The notes beneath the pieces are model-generated. The model was not told the DNA's origin. It searched no databases and worked only from the letters and a program-made list of their open reading frames with translations. Of a stretch of DNA of 37,925 bases, positions 18,827 through 27,513 are shown in pieces. The position numbers and the translations under genes were made by a program. How positions within the stretch are numbered: the first letter of the stretch is position 1; each line of letters starts with the position of its first letter. The stretch comes from an uncultured delta proteobacterium (GTDB lineage Bacteria; Desulfobacterota; Syntrophia; Syntrophales; UBA2192), in assembly GCA_963705165.1 (NCBI GenBank), contig CAVPJD010000023.1:1-37925 (forward strand), written 5' to 3'.

Positions 18827-19627
18827 TCAGCGCCAGACAATGCTGCGCAGATCGAACACCGGTCCGTCCACGCAGACCTGGCGGTATTCCACGCCCGATG
18901 CCGTGCGGACCTCGATGGTGCACCCCAGGCAGGCCCCCATGCCGCAGGCCATTCGCTCCTCCATGAGCACCTGGCACGCAACGGGATGATCCGCGATCAT
19001 TTCGCTCACCCTCTTGAGCATCGGGTTGGGACCGCAGATGAAGACTTCCGTTTTCGAAGCGTCAAATGAGGCCAGGTCCTTCCGGAAAAGATCCGTCACC
19101 GGACCCCTGTAACCGGCGCTGCCGTCGTCGGTGCTGACCCGAACCTCTGCGCCATAGTTTTTCATCCGGTCGATCCCGAGGAGGCTCGCCGAATCCCGTG
19201 CCCCGATGTAGAGGATCATTTTCAAACCTTCCGGCGGGGCATTGACTCTCAGGCTCTCTGCCAGAAAGACCAGCGGGGCGATCCCGATGCCCCCGGCCAT
19301 GAGAACGGCCGTCTTCATTCCGGGCCTGAGTTCGAAGCGGTTACCGAGCGGACCCAGGATTTCGATACGATCCCCCTCGCAGAGTGTCGAAATGACCTTC
19401 GTCCCCTTCCCGGCAGCGCGATAGAGTATCTCGATCCGCGCGCCGTTCCCGTTTTGCGCCAGACTGTAGATCCCGAGCGGCCGCCCCAGGAACGGAAAGC
19501 CGCGGCCGGCAGGGCGCAGCATGACGAACTGCCCCGGCCGTGCGTCCCTGAAGGCCCTGCTGACGGCAAGCGTCATGAGGTAATGCTCCGGGGCCACCTC
19601 GGTGTTGGCGAGGATGGTTGCAGTCAT
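18827..19627 (-). CDS. pyrK: Dihydroorotate dehydrogenase electron transfer subunit
   Basis: PGQFVML, GPLGN, AGGIGIAP, CGPNPM, EERMACGMGACLGC, VCVDGPVF; alternative start 19645. Confidence 0.95.
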   Translation of the reverse strand: MTATILANTEVAPEHYLMTLAVSRAFRDARPGQFVMLRPAGRGFPFLGRPLGIYSLAQNGNGARIEILYRAAGKGTKVISTLCEGDRIEILGPLGNRFELRPGMKTAVLMAGGIGIAPLVFLAESLRVNAPPEGLKMILYIGARDSASLLGIDRMKNYGAEVRVSTDDGSAGYRGPVTDLFRKDLASFDASKTEVFICGPNPMLKRVSEMIADHPVACQVLMEERMACGMGACLGCTIEVRTASGVEYRQVCVDGPVFDLRSIVWR

Positions 19628-19645
19628 GTCTTCTTTGGTAAGCAT

Positions 19646-19678
19646 TGTCTGTCTGGTCTATCTAGTCTGTCTGGTCTG
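19646..19678. repeat. 9-bp tandem repeat arm (GACCAGATA family, reverse orientation)
   Basis: gtctgtctg gtctatcta gtctgtctg gtctg. Confidence 0.75.
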
Positions 19679-19688
19679 CAGCATCTCG

Positions 19689-19804
19689 CAGCCTACAGTC
19701 TACAGCCGACAGTCCACAGCCAAAAGCGAAATGCTATCAAAGGATCTTCACTGTAGGCTGCAGGCTGTCAACTGTAGGCTTCTTTGTCTGTCGGCTGTCG
19801 GCTT
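19689..19804. repeat. Inverted heptamer cassette family A; direct repeat of 22251-22365
   Basis: 108/115 identical to the copy at 22251 by manual alignment. Confidence 0.92.
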
Positions 19805-19833
19805 GTGGTTAGACCTGTGAACGGTTCCACCGT

Positions 19834-20310
19834 TCACAGGTCTAACCACATGATCATGGCGTCTTCGTTGTTGTCGGAATAGTATTTCGGCCGTATGCCC
19901 CTGGTCTCGAAACCGAGTTTCCGATAAAAACCCTTAGCGGCTTCATTCGACACTCGAACCTCGAGGGTACAATAGAGCATCCGGTCCCGGCGCGCCTGGC
20001 ACAGGGCCTCTTCGAGAAGTCGGGTGGCAACCCCTTGTTTTCGGAGATCCTTTCGCACCGCGATGTTGGTGACATGAACCTCGTCGGCGACGAACCAGCA
20101 AAGGATGTAGCCGGCGAGCCGCTTTGTTCCGGCTTCCGGTAGCTTCGCCGCAAGGCATCGGGCAAGCGGAAAGACGAGATCCTGCCTGAACATGCCCGGG
20201 GACCAGGGGACACTGAAGGATACCCGTTCGATCTGCATGACCTCGTCGAGATCGTCCTCCGTCATCGGTCCGACCTCGAGATCCTCAATCTGCTTGACGT
20301 TGACTGACAT
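19834..20310 (-). CDS. rimI: Ribosomal protein S18-alanine N-acetyltransferase
   Basis: IERVSFSVPWS, EVHVTNIAV, LEVRVSN, GIRPKYY, EDAMIM; start uncertain. Confidence 0.92.
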   Translation of the reverse strand: MSVNVKQIEDLEVGPMTEDDLDEVMQIERVSFSVPWSPGMFRQDLVFPLARCLAAKLPEAGTKRLAGYILCWFVADEVHVTNIAVRKDLRKQGVATRLLEEALCQARRDRMLYCTLEVRVSNEAAKGFYRKLGFETRGIRPKYYSDNNEDAMIMWLDL

Positions 20311-20385
20311 CTTATGAAAATTCAACAAGCCGCTTTACGATGCGTAGGTTATGAATGCGGAACCTCAGGCAGATTGAGAATCATT

Positions 20386-20422
20386 TTCTCACCTTCTTAC
20401 CTTCTCAACCTCTCAACTTCTT
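20386..20422. repeat. Single 8-bp tandem repeat arm (TTCTCAAC-like) x4-5
   Basis: ttctcacc ttcttacc ttctcaac ctctcaac ttctt. Confidence 0.65.
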
Positions 20423-20443
20423 CTTGGCCAAGGCGGTAAAAAT

Positions 20444-21130
20444 TTAAAGGAATTCAGAGACAATGGCAAGCAGTAAAAAGACACCGCAAAAGACGGGAAC
20501 GTATCCCCTGAGCTTGATCGTGTTGAGAGCCACCCCGATGCCGATGAGCGGAAGAATGGCAGAGGCAAAGGCGAGGGCCCTGAGGAATGACTCGGGAAGG
20601 ACCGGGTAGATGCCCCTGAGCAGCCAGATGCCGCAGGTCAGCGCGGCGACGAGGAAAACAAGGGATCCCGCCAGATAGCGCCCCAGCGCGGCAAGATGCC
20701 GGCGGGTGAGCGCGGCGGCATCCCCGGTCTTTGCATCCTCCACGGCTAGCAGGACCAGGCCGTCGTTCCATTTTCGGAGCAGGATCTCCATCTGCTGCCC
20801 CAGATACCCGGCAGGGGCAAAGACGAGGATGGCAAGAGCGATCAGCTCGCGGGGAGGATGCCCCGAAACGGGGGCGGCAAGAATGGCGCCGGCCGTGGTC
20901 AGGATGGCGACGAAGGTATCGTTGGGCGGCACATAGGGCCCGACGGGAATTCGATCGATCCAGAGCAACTCCAGAAACGCTCCGGCTGTCAGGCCGGTGT
21001 ATGGGTCCCCGAGGGCGAGACCGATCAGCGGACCGGCGACGATGGGTCGGGATATCATGAACTGGACGAACACCCTGTCCAGGCAGATCAATGCACCCAG
21101 TACTGCCGCGATGGCTGTCTCGATTACCAT
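20444..21130 (-). CDS. PTS mannose/sorbose-family EIIC
   Basis: QFMISRPIVAGPLIG, GAFLELLW, PVGPYVPPN; hydrophobic. Confidence 0.85.
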   Translation of the reverse strand: MVIETAIAAVLGALICLDRVFVQFMISRPIVAGPLIGLALGDPYTGLTAGAFLELLWIDRIPVGPYVPPNDTFVAILTTAGAILAAPVSGHPPRELIALAILVFAPAGYLGQQMEILLRKWNDGLVLLAVEDAKTGDAAALTRRHLAALGRYLAGSLVFLVAALTCGIWLLRGIYPVLPESFLRALAFASAILPLIGIGVALNTIKLRGYVPVFCGVFLLLAIVSEFL

Positions 21131-21189
21131 GACCGCCCCCGTGGGCAACGCCGATCGTCTGACAGGATGGCTGAGACCACCATCCGCTC

Positions 21190-21678
21190 TCAGCCTCGCC
21201 CGCCGCCGAGAAGATCCCGGAAGTCCACTACCCTGTCGCTCGGAACGGATCTCAGCTCCACCCTTACGCCGGAATCGAGAAGAAACCGAATGTGGTCCAT
21301 GTCTTCATCGGCGAGGCACACCGATGTGGAACACTGCAATTTGTAATTCTCGCTGTAGAGGTTGCCGATGTTCAGCGTTTTGAAGCGGAAACCGGCGGCC
21401 CACGCCCGGGCGACGTCGCTGACGCCGCTGAAGAGGACGATGGTCCTCACGCTTTCGTTCTGACGGGTGATATCGCTGCTGCCGAACTCATCGACGCCGT
21501 AGATCAGGACCTCCGCCTCGCGGGGCACGGCCATCCGGATGACGGTCTCACGAAAGAAACTGCCTGCCACCTCATCGTTGACGACGACGATCCGGGCCGC
21601 CTTCAGGAAGGGCAGCCACGTTTCGATGATCTGCCCGTGGACCAGCCTGCTGTCGACTCTGATGAGGGAAAAATCCAT
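21190..21678 (-). CDS. PTS mannose/sorbose-family EIIB
   Basis: IRVDSRLVHGQI, LNIGNL. Confidence 0.9.
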   Translation of the reverse strand: MDFSLIRVDSRLVHGQIIETWLPFLKAARIVVVNDEVAGSFFRETVIRMAVPREAEVLIYGVDEFGSSDITRQNESVRTIVLFSGVSDVARAWAAGFRFKTLNIGNLYSENYKLQCSTSVCLADEDMDHIRFLLDSGVRVELRSVPSDRVVDFRDLLGGGRG

Positions 21679-21707
21679 CGGGTTTCCGTAACGCGTGCGA
21701 AAGATAA

Positions 21708-21749
21708 AAAAAAGCCGGAATCCTGTCAGCAGGTTCCCGGCTTGGTTTT
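21708..21749 (-). terminator. Probable intrinsic terminator between EIIA and EIIB
   Basis: aagccgg...ccggctt stem; A8 run gives the U-tract on the minus strand. Confidence 0.6.
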
Positions 21750-22164
21750 AATTCTCACCAACTTTCTTCTTGAGTACCTCACTTGCAAGATAGATGTTCT
21801 TCTTGCCGTAGTCCCGGATCTGCGCTGCGAAGTTTGCAAGATCGGTCTCCTTCTCCCTCTCATCCGGGATCTTGAGGAGCATGGGGAGATTGACCCCTGT
21901 GACGACCTCGACCTTGCTCTCCTTCAGGAAGGCCAGGGAGACATTCGAAGGCGTTCCACCGAAGAGGTCCGTGAGCACCAGGACGCCCATTCCCGTGTCC
22001 AACTTCCGGATCGCCGCGGTGATCTCTTTTCTCAGTTCCTCGAGGCCTTTGGTTTCTCCCACCGAAATGTGAAGCGCGCCGTTGAGACTGCCTTTGATCT
22101 GTTCCGCCGCCCTGATCAGTTCGCTTCCCAGATTGCCGTGTGTGATGACCAGAACCCCAATCAT
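21748..22164 (-). CDS. PTS mannose/fructose-family EIIA
   Basis: MIGVLVITHG, LTDLFGGTPSN, TGVNLPML; GGAGAGGG RBS. Confidence 0.92.
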   Translation of the reverse strand: MIGVLVITHGNLGSELIRAAEQIKGSLNGALHISVGETKGLEELRKEITAAIRKLDTGMGVLVLTDLFGGTPSNVSLAFLKESKVEVVTGVNLPMLLKIPDEREKETDLANFAAQIRDYGKKNIYLASEVLKKKVGEN

Positions 22165-22189
22165 GGCGCCCTCTCCAGAGTGATGGGTA

Positions 22190-22218
22190 ACGCTAATGCA
22201 TTCACTATTAATTGTCAA
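22190..22218 (-). promoter_or_regulatory. Putative sigma70 promoter of the PTS operon
   Basis: TTGACA-17 bp-TAGCGT on the minus strand. Confidence 0.5.
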
Positions 22219-22239
22219 GGCGAATCGGCCCCGGACGGG

Positions 22240-22365
22240 GCCTACAGAGAAGCCTACAGCCTACAGCCGACAGTCCACAGCCAAAAGCGAAATGCCAACA
22301 AAGAATCTTCACTGTAGGCTGTAGGCTGTCGACTGTAGGCTTCTTTGTCTGCCGGCTGTCGGCTT
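22240..22365. repeat. Inverted heptamer cassette family A; direct repeat of 19690-19804
   Basis: agcctacag...aaaagcgaaatgccaacaaagaatcttca ctgtaggctg...ggctt. Confidence 0.92.
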
Positions 22366-22845
22366 CTTTTCTCTGGGGATGTTCCAACCTGCGGAAAACG
22401 TCAAAAAGGCGTACAAAATGAGTGTAAACAGCAATTCAGGCAGAGCCCGGTGCCGTTATGGTTGCGCACCAAATTAATCTAAATATCTGTTAATATAGGA
22501 TATTTTGCCGTGACTCCAAAGCGGGCAATCCGGCAAAACCTCTATTCAAACCTGCACTTACCTCATAGGCCAACACCTTTATCAACAGATACTTCACAAG
22601 GCCTGTGCACTGCCTTGTTTTATCACAATATACAAATATTACAATATGTTACAAAAAAATAAGCACGTCAAAAAACCGACGGAATCTCTTTACTGGAAAT
22701 GCAACATGTGCAACCAGAGCACTCCCCATCCCCGCTATGAGTGGCTCTGCGTTCTAATGCAGCCGGATTGAGCCCGACAGGATGCGCATTGCGCTTTTCG
22801 TGAGTGTCCCCCATGAAAAAAGTGAAGTAAAAAGGTACTTTAGCG

Positions 22846-22873
22846 TTGACAAAATCGAAATGCTCATTACTAT
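22846..22873 (+). promoter_or_regulatory. Putative sigma70 promoter
   Basis: TTGACA-16 bp-TACTAT upstream of the 22907 gene. Confidence 0.5.
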
Positions 22874-22906
22874 AGGTTCAACCTTCCAGAGGAGACGGTC
22901 GCACGC

Positions 22907-23182
22907 ATGTACAAATGCAAGAAAAAGGCGATTTTGATTACCGAGCCCTGCCCGGATACGGTCTGCGAGTGGTGGCTCAAGAACGAGATGTTCTGCAACT
23001 GTACCTGGGTTGCCTGCAATTACGGTCCCTTCACGCTCGAAGAAGTCGGTGAGATGATGGGTGTCACCCGGGAACGCATCCGCCAGATCGAGGCGAAGGC
23101 GCTCCGAAAGTTGCAGCACAAGAAACGGAGAGACCAGCTCAAGGATTTCGCCTCGCCGGATTATGACAAGGAGTACCGTTGA
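22907..23182 (+). CDS. Small Cys-rich protein with stand-alone sigma70 region 4 HTH
   Basis: [28 protein letters not shown] (RpoD region 4.2-like); six Cys in the first 37 aa; GAGGAG RBS. Confidence 0.88.
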   Translation: MYKCKKKAILITEPCPDTVCEWWLKNEMFCNCTWVACNYGPFTLEEVGEMMGVTRERIRQIEAKALRKLQHKKRRDQLKDFASPDYDKEYR

Positions 23183-23242
23183 TACGAGGCACTAGCATCT
23201 AGCCACGAGGCTCGCGCCCAATGGCAAAATGGCATAGTGACA

Positions 23243-23290
23243 AAAAGAAATGCCCCGGAACTCATTCGAGCCCGGGGCTTTCTTTTTCTT
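23243..23290. terminator. Probable bidirectional intrinsic terminator
   Basis: aaaaagaaa-gccccgg...ccggggc-tttctttttc between convergent genes. Confidence 0.7.
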
Positions 23291-23294
23291 CAGA

Positions 23295-23383
23295 CCCCCT
23301 CCTTTAACAAAGGAGGGTTGGGGAGGTTTTTTCTTTTCCTCCCTCTTCACTCAGACACTCAGACACTGAGTGACTCAGACACT
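23295..23383. repeat. REP-like palindrome plus octamer arm (ACACTCAG)n
   Basis: ccctcctttaacaaaggaggg; ttcactcagacactcagacactgagtgactcagacact. Confidence 0.75.
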
Positions 23384-24145
23384 TTTCTTTTTCTGCTTCA
23401 GATCATCGAGAAACTGCCGCATATACTCCTTGCGCTCGGCCCGTGAGAAGAGCAGGGCCGAAATCTCGAACTCGTACTCGAGGGCGGCGCTCTTGTCCAG
23501 GTAAGGAACCACCTCGGAGATCCGCTTTACGGCCTCTATGGCCTTCGGGGGGCGGCCGGCAAGTTCCTTCGCCATGATTTTCGCCACTTCCATGAAACGG
23601 TCTGGAGGGGCAACCTTATTGACAAGGCCGATCCGGAGGGCCTCCATCGCGCCGATGGGCTCCCCCAGCATGGCGATCTCCTTGGCTTTGGCCGTGCCGA
23701 CAAGCCGGCTGATGGGGTTGAAGAGGGGATTGAGACCGAATTTCAGCTCCGGGTGCCCGAATATGGCGCTCTCGGAGGCAACGATCAAGTCGCAGACCGT
23801 CGCGAGGTTGAACCCGCCTCCCAGCGCGATCCCGCCCACGGCTGCGATGACAGGCTTGCGGAAAGCGAATATCTTCTGCAGGTAACTGGCGATGAGATTG
23901 AAATAGTCATCGACATCATCGTCTGTGACGGCCGCCATCTCCTTGAGGTCCATCCCCGCCGAGAACACGTAATCGCCGCCCGTCAGGATCACGGCCCGCA
24001 CCGACTCGTCTTTCTCGAGGGCCGCGAAGCAATCCACCAGCTCGAGCTTCATCTCCCGGGACAGGGCGTTCATCTCGTGGGGCCGGTTGAGCATGACGAC
24101 GGCATAGCCGTCCTCTCTGGTGATCCGGATGGTCTTGTAGTCCAT
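23375..24145 (-). CDS. Enoyl-CoA hydratase/isomerase family protein
   Basis: LNRPHEMNAL, FSAGMDL, KPVIAAVGGIALGGG, FGHPELKFG; start at MDYKTI. Confidence 0.93.
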   Translation of the reverse strand: MDYKTIRITREDGYAVVMLNRPHEMNALSREMKLELVDCFAALEKDESVRAVILTGGDYVFSAGMDLKEMAAVTDDDVDDYFNLIASYLQKIFAFRKPVIAAVGGIALGGGFNLATVCDLIVASESAIFGHPELKFGLNPLFNPISRLVGTAKAKEIAMLGEPIGAMEALRIGLVNKVAPPDRFMEVAKIMAKELAGRPPKAIEAVKRISEVVPYLDKSAALEYEFEISALLFSRAERKEYMRQFLDDLKQKKKSV

Positions 24146-24228
24146 GTTTCCGTTGACCTTGAAGGCAGGATAGATTGGCTCTGAATGGCTTTTCTGACCC
24201 GTATGGTCGTTCGCGAAACGGCGCATCA

Positions 24229-24318
24229 AGGTGTCAGGTACCTGGTGCAGGTGACAGGAAAAAATCATCGGAGCAGGCATTCCTGTACCTAACCTGTTAC
24301 CTGATTCACCTGTTACCT
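24229..24318. repeat. Inverted heptamer cassette family C: (CAGGTGA)n-spacer-(CCTGTTA)n
   Basis: aggtgtcaggtacctggtgcaggtgacagg ... cctgtacctaacctgttacctgattcacctgttacct. Confidence 0.75.
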
Positions 24319-24599
24319 TTTTTCCCGTCAACCCGTTCTTTCAGTTCTTTCCCCACTTTGAAAAACGGGAAACGCCTGGGCGGCACTTCCACGGAGGCGC
24401 CCGTCATGGGGTTGCGTCCCCGCCGGGGTTCCCGCGTCCTGACGGTGAAATTGCCGAATCCCCGGATTTCGATCCGGTCGTCGTTCTTCATGGCCTCGAC
24501 CATCGAATCGAAGACGATCTCGACGGCGTGAGCCACGTCCTTGCGGGGATACTCATTGAGAATATCCTGGACCTTTGCGATTAAATCCCTCTTTGTCAT
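24306..24599 (-). CDS. ihfB: Integration host factor beta subunit
   Basis: MTKRDLI, RIEIRGFGNF, GRNPMTG, PFFKVGKELKERV; downstream of rpsA-sppA. Confidence 0.9.
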   Translation of the reverse strand: MTKRDLIAKVQDILNEYPRKDVAHAVEIVFDSMVEAMKNDDRIEIRGFGNFTVRTREPRRGRNPMTGASVEVPPRRFPFFKVGKELKERVDGKKGNR

Positions 24600-24606
24600 G
24601 GAAACG

Positions 24607-25515
24607 TCACCTTCCCTGGCCAACATAGATATAACTCAAGCCCGGGCCTGTCTCCACCACCGTCTCCACCATTTCGCGCTTCAGGACCGACACCATCTCT
24701 TCCATCATGAATCGCCAGACGGAGCGCCGTTCTTCCCTCGGGTAGACGAGTTCGGGCTTGCCTTCCAGCTGGGCCAGCGTGGCCGCCACCTCCGCCGCAT
24801 GCTCCAGGTCGCCCAATTCATCGACGAGCTTGAGTCCCACAGCCTGGCGGCCCGTAAAGATGCGGCCGTCGGCAATTTCTTTCACTTTCTCCTTGTCCAG
24901 GGTCCGGCTCCCTGACACGGCTTCCACGAACTGCTCGTGCACATCGTCAATGAGCGCCTGGAGAAGTTCACGCTCCTCCTTCGTCATGTCGCGAAACGGG
25001 GATCCGGCATCCTTGTACTTGCCGCTCTTGATCACGGAGGCGCGCAGCCCCACCTTCTTGAAAAGATCCTCCACGTTGGTGAAGTGCATGATGACGCCGA
25101 TGCTGCCCGTGAGCGTCCCGGGGTTGGCAACAATTTTCTCGGCCGCGCAGGCGACGTAGTAACCGCCCGAGGTAGCCATGGACCCCATGGAGGCGACAAC
25201 GGTCTTCCCTTTTTTCCGCACCGACCGGACCTTGTCGAATATTTCCTGGGAAGGGCCCACTCCGCCGCCGGGCGTGTCAATCCGCAGGATGATCGCCTTG
25301 ATGCTGTCGTCTTTGCTGAACTTTTCAAGGACGTCGTTGACAGGCTTGGAATCAAGGATGACCCCCTTCACGGGGACAACGCCGATCCGGTCTTTCGCGA
25401 TGAAGGTCGCTCTGTCCCCCTTCACAGAGCTCATGCCGTAAACGAGGAAAAAGAACGCGACCCCAATCAGAGAAAGCAACAGGAGCCCGAAGAGGACGGG
25501 ATGCCTTTTTCGCAT
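24607..25515 (-). CDS. sppA: Signal peptide peptidase SppA (short form)
   Basis: RIDTPGG, ATSGGYY, TGSIGV, KSGKYKD, DGRIFTG; N-terminal TM helix. Confidence 0.93.
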   Translation of the reverse strand: MRKRHPVLFGLLLLSLIGVAFFFLVYGMSSVKGDRATFIAKDRIGVVPVKGVILDSKPVNDVLEKFSKDDSIKAIILRIDTPGGGVGPSQEIFDKVRSVRKKGKTVVASMGSMATSGGYYVACAAEKIVANPGTLTGSIGVIMHFTNVEDLFKKVGLRASVIKSGKYKDAGSPFRDMTKEERELLQALIDDVHEQFVEAVSGSRTLDKEKVKEIADGRIFTGRQAVGLKLVDELGDLEHAAEVAATLAQLEGKPELVYPREERRSVWRFMMEEMVSVLKREMVETVVETGPGLSYIYVGQGR

Positions 25516-25580
25516 TGTACGATAACCTTGTGCACGTCGGGCTGCCGAACGTACCAGCTGCTCCGAACATCGCACCCGTG

Positions 25581-25663
25581 CAGGTGACAGGTAACAGGTT
25601 TCAGGTGACAGGACTGAGGGATCGTTTCTTTTGTTACCCTGTACCCTAGTACCCTATACCCTG
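25581..25663. repeat. Hybrid heptamer cassette: family C left arm, family B right arm
   Basis: caggtga caggtaa caggttt caggtga caggact - spacer - taccctg tacccta gtacccta taccctg. Confidence 0.8.
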
Positions 25664-25671
25664 CTTGTTTT

Positions 25672-27426
25672 TCAGGCATCCAGCTTGATGTCCGCAAGGG
25701 CCTTGCCGAGGCTCGACCCGAGATTCTCCTTGTTGTTGAGGTACTGCCGGGCCGGAGAGGTCTGGTGAACCGTCGTCTCGTGATCCTTGATGCTCAGCCG
25801 GATCTTGCGGTTCTTCGGGTCGACGCTCTTGACCACAGCCGTGACGGCATCCCCGACGGCAAACAGGTCGGAAGCCGCCTTGACCCGCTTCTGGCTCAGC
25901 TCGGAGATGTGGACGAGCCCCTCGATGCCTTCCTCGATCTCGACGAAGATGCCGAAGTCCGTGATGTTAGTCACCTTGCCCGTGATGATGGCACCGGGAT
26001 TGTATCGATCACAGAACTCCTCCCAGGGATTCTTTTCGAGCTGCTTGATGCCCAGGGAGAACTTCTCGCTCTCCACATCCACGTTCAGAACGACGGCTTC
26101 GATCTCCTGGCCCTTCTTGTAAAGCTCCGAGGGGTGCTTCACGCGATGCTTCCAGGAAATATCCGAGACATGCACGAGACCGTCGATGCCCTCCTCGACG
26201 CCGATAAAGATCCCGAAGTCCGTGATGTTGCGGATGCGGCCCCGGATGACGGTCCCCTCGGCGTATTTCTCCTTCAGGGCAAGCCAGGGATTGGCCGTGG
26301 TCTGTTTGAGGCCCAGGGAAATCCGCTTGCTCTCTGCATTCACCTCGAGGACCATGACCTGCAGGAGCTGCCCCACCGAGAGCACCTTGGAGGGGTGCCG
26401 GATCTCCCTTGTCCAGAACATTTCCGAGACGTGGATGAGACCCTCGACACCCGGCTCGAGTTCCACGAAGGCGCCGTAGTCGACGATGCTGACCACCTTT
26501 CCCTCCAGGACGCTGCCGACGGGAAACTTGTCGCCGATCCGCTCCCAGGGGTTCTCCGTGAGCTGCTTGAGGCCCAGCGACACCCGCTCCTTGTCGCGAT
26601 CGAAGGAGAGCACCTTCACCAGGATTTTGTCGCCCTTGTTGAAGGTGTCGGAAGGCTTGGGCACCTTGCCCCACGAGATGTCGGTAACATGGAGAAGTCC
26701 GTCGATGCCGCCCAGGTCGATGAAGAGGCCGTAGTCGGTGATGTTCTTGATGATCCCCTCGACGACCTTCCCCTCCTCGATCGTCTCGAGGAGCTGCTTG
26801 CGGTCCGACTCGCGCTCCTTCTCCATGATGGCACGCCTTGACAGGACGACATTGTTGCGCTCGCGGTCGTACTTGAGGATGTTGAACTCCATGGTCTGAC
26901 CGACGAAGCGGTCGAGATCCCGGACGGGCCGGATGTCCACCTGGGAGCCGGGCAAAAACGCAGGGATCCCGATGTCCACCGTGAGGCCCCCCTTCACCCG
27001 CTGGGTGATCGTGCCCTGGATGGGCTGGTTGCCGTCGAATTTCTCCTTGATGCTCCCCCAGGTCTTGATCTTGGAGGCCTTGTCCCGCGAGAGAATCAGA
27101 CTGTCGTCCTCGCCCCTCCTTTCCACGAGGACTTCTATCTCATCGCCCACGCTGACAGTGATGTTTCCGCTGGCATCCCGAAGTTCCCGGGCGGGGATCA
27201 TCCCCTCTGTCTTGGAGCCCACATCCACCATGACCGTGTCGGCGCTGACCTGCACCACCCTGCCGATCACGATCTCGCCGGACCGCAGCTCCTGGAGGCT
27301 CTGCTCGTAGAGGGCCGAAAAGCCTCCTTCGTCCTCTTTCTTCGACGCCGCCTGATCCTCTGCCGCCCCCCTGTCCTGATTCACCGTTTTCTGTTCTTCT
27401 ACCTTCGCGCTCTCATCCGTAACCAT
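25672..27426 (-). CDS. rpsA: 30S ribosomal protein S1
   Basis: Six S1 repeats (AFLPGSQVD, GLLHVTDISW, EGLIHVSE). Confidence 0.98.
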   Translation of the reverse strand: MVTDESAKVEEQKTVNQDRGAAEDQAASKKEDEGGFSALYEQSLQELRSGEIVIGRVVQVSADTVMVDVGSKTEGMIPARELRDASGNITVSVGDEIEVLVERRGEDDSLILSRDKASKIKTWGSIKEKFDGNQPIQGTITQRVKGGLTVDIGIPAFLPGSQVDIRPVRDLDRFVGQTMEFNILKYDRERNNVVLSRRAIMEKERESDRKQLLETIEEGKVVEGIIKNITDYGLFIDLGGIDGLLHVTDISWGKVPKPSDTFNKGDKILVKVLSFDRDKERVSLGLKQLTENPWERIGDKFPVGSVLEGKVVSIVDYGAFVELEPGVEGLIHVSEMFWTREIRHPSKVLSVGQLLQVMVLEVNAESKRISLGLKQTTANPWLALKEKYAEGTVIRGRIRNITDFGIFIGVEEGIDGLVHVSDISWKHRVKHPSELYKKGQEIEAVVLNVDVESEKFSLGIKQLEKNPWEEFCDRYNPGAIITGKVTNITDFGIFVEIEEGIEGLVHISELSQKRVKAASDLFAVGDAVTAVVKSVDPKNRKIRLSIKDHETTVHQTSPARQYLNNKENLGSSLGKALADIKLDA

Positions 27427-27513
27427 TTACTGCAGTACCCCCCGTTAAGATTTCATACGACGCCCCAACGAAACGTTTGAGACGTAACATACGGATAATA
27501 AAAGATCAAGTAT

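Noticed and set aside
22430..22456. Sigma54 promoter for the PTS operon (CGGCAC...CTGC on the minus strand)
   Set aside because: GG-to-GC spacing is 11, not the required 10.
22754..23119. Minus-strand 121-aa ORF
   Set aside because: Antisense reading of the sigma70 region-4 gene.
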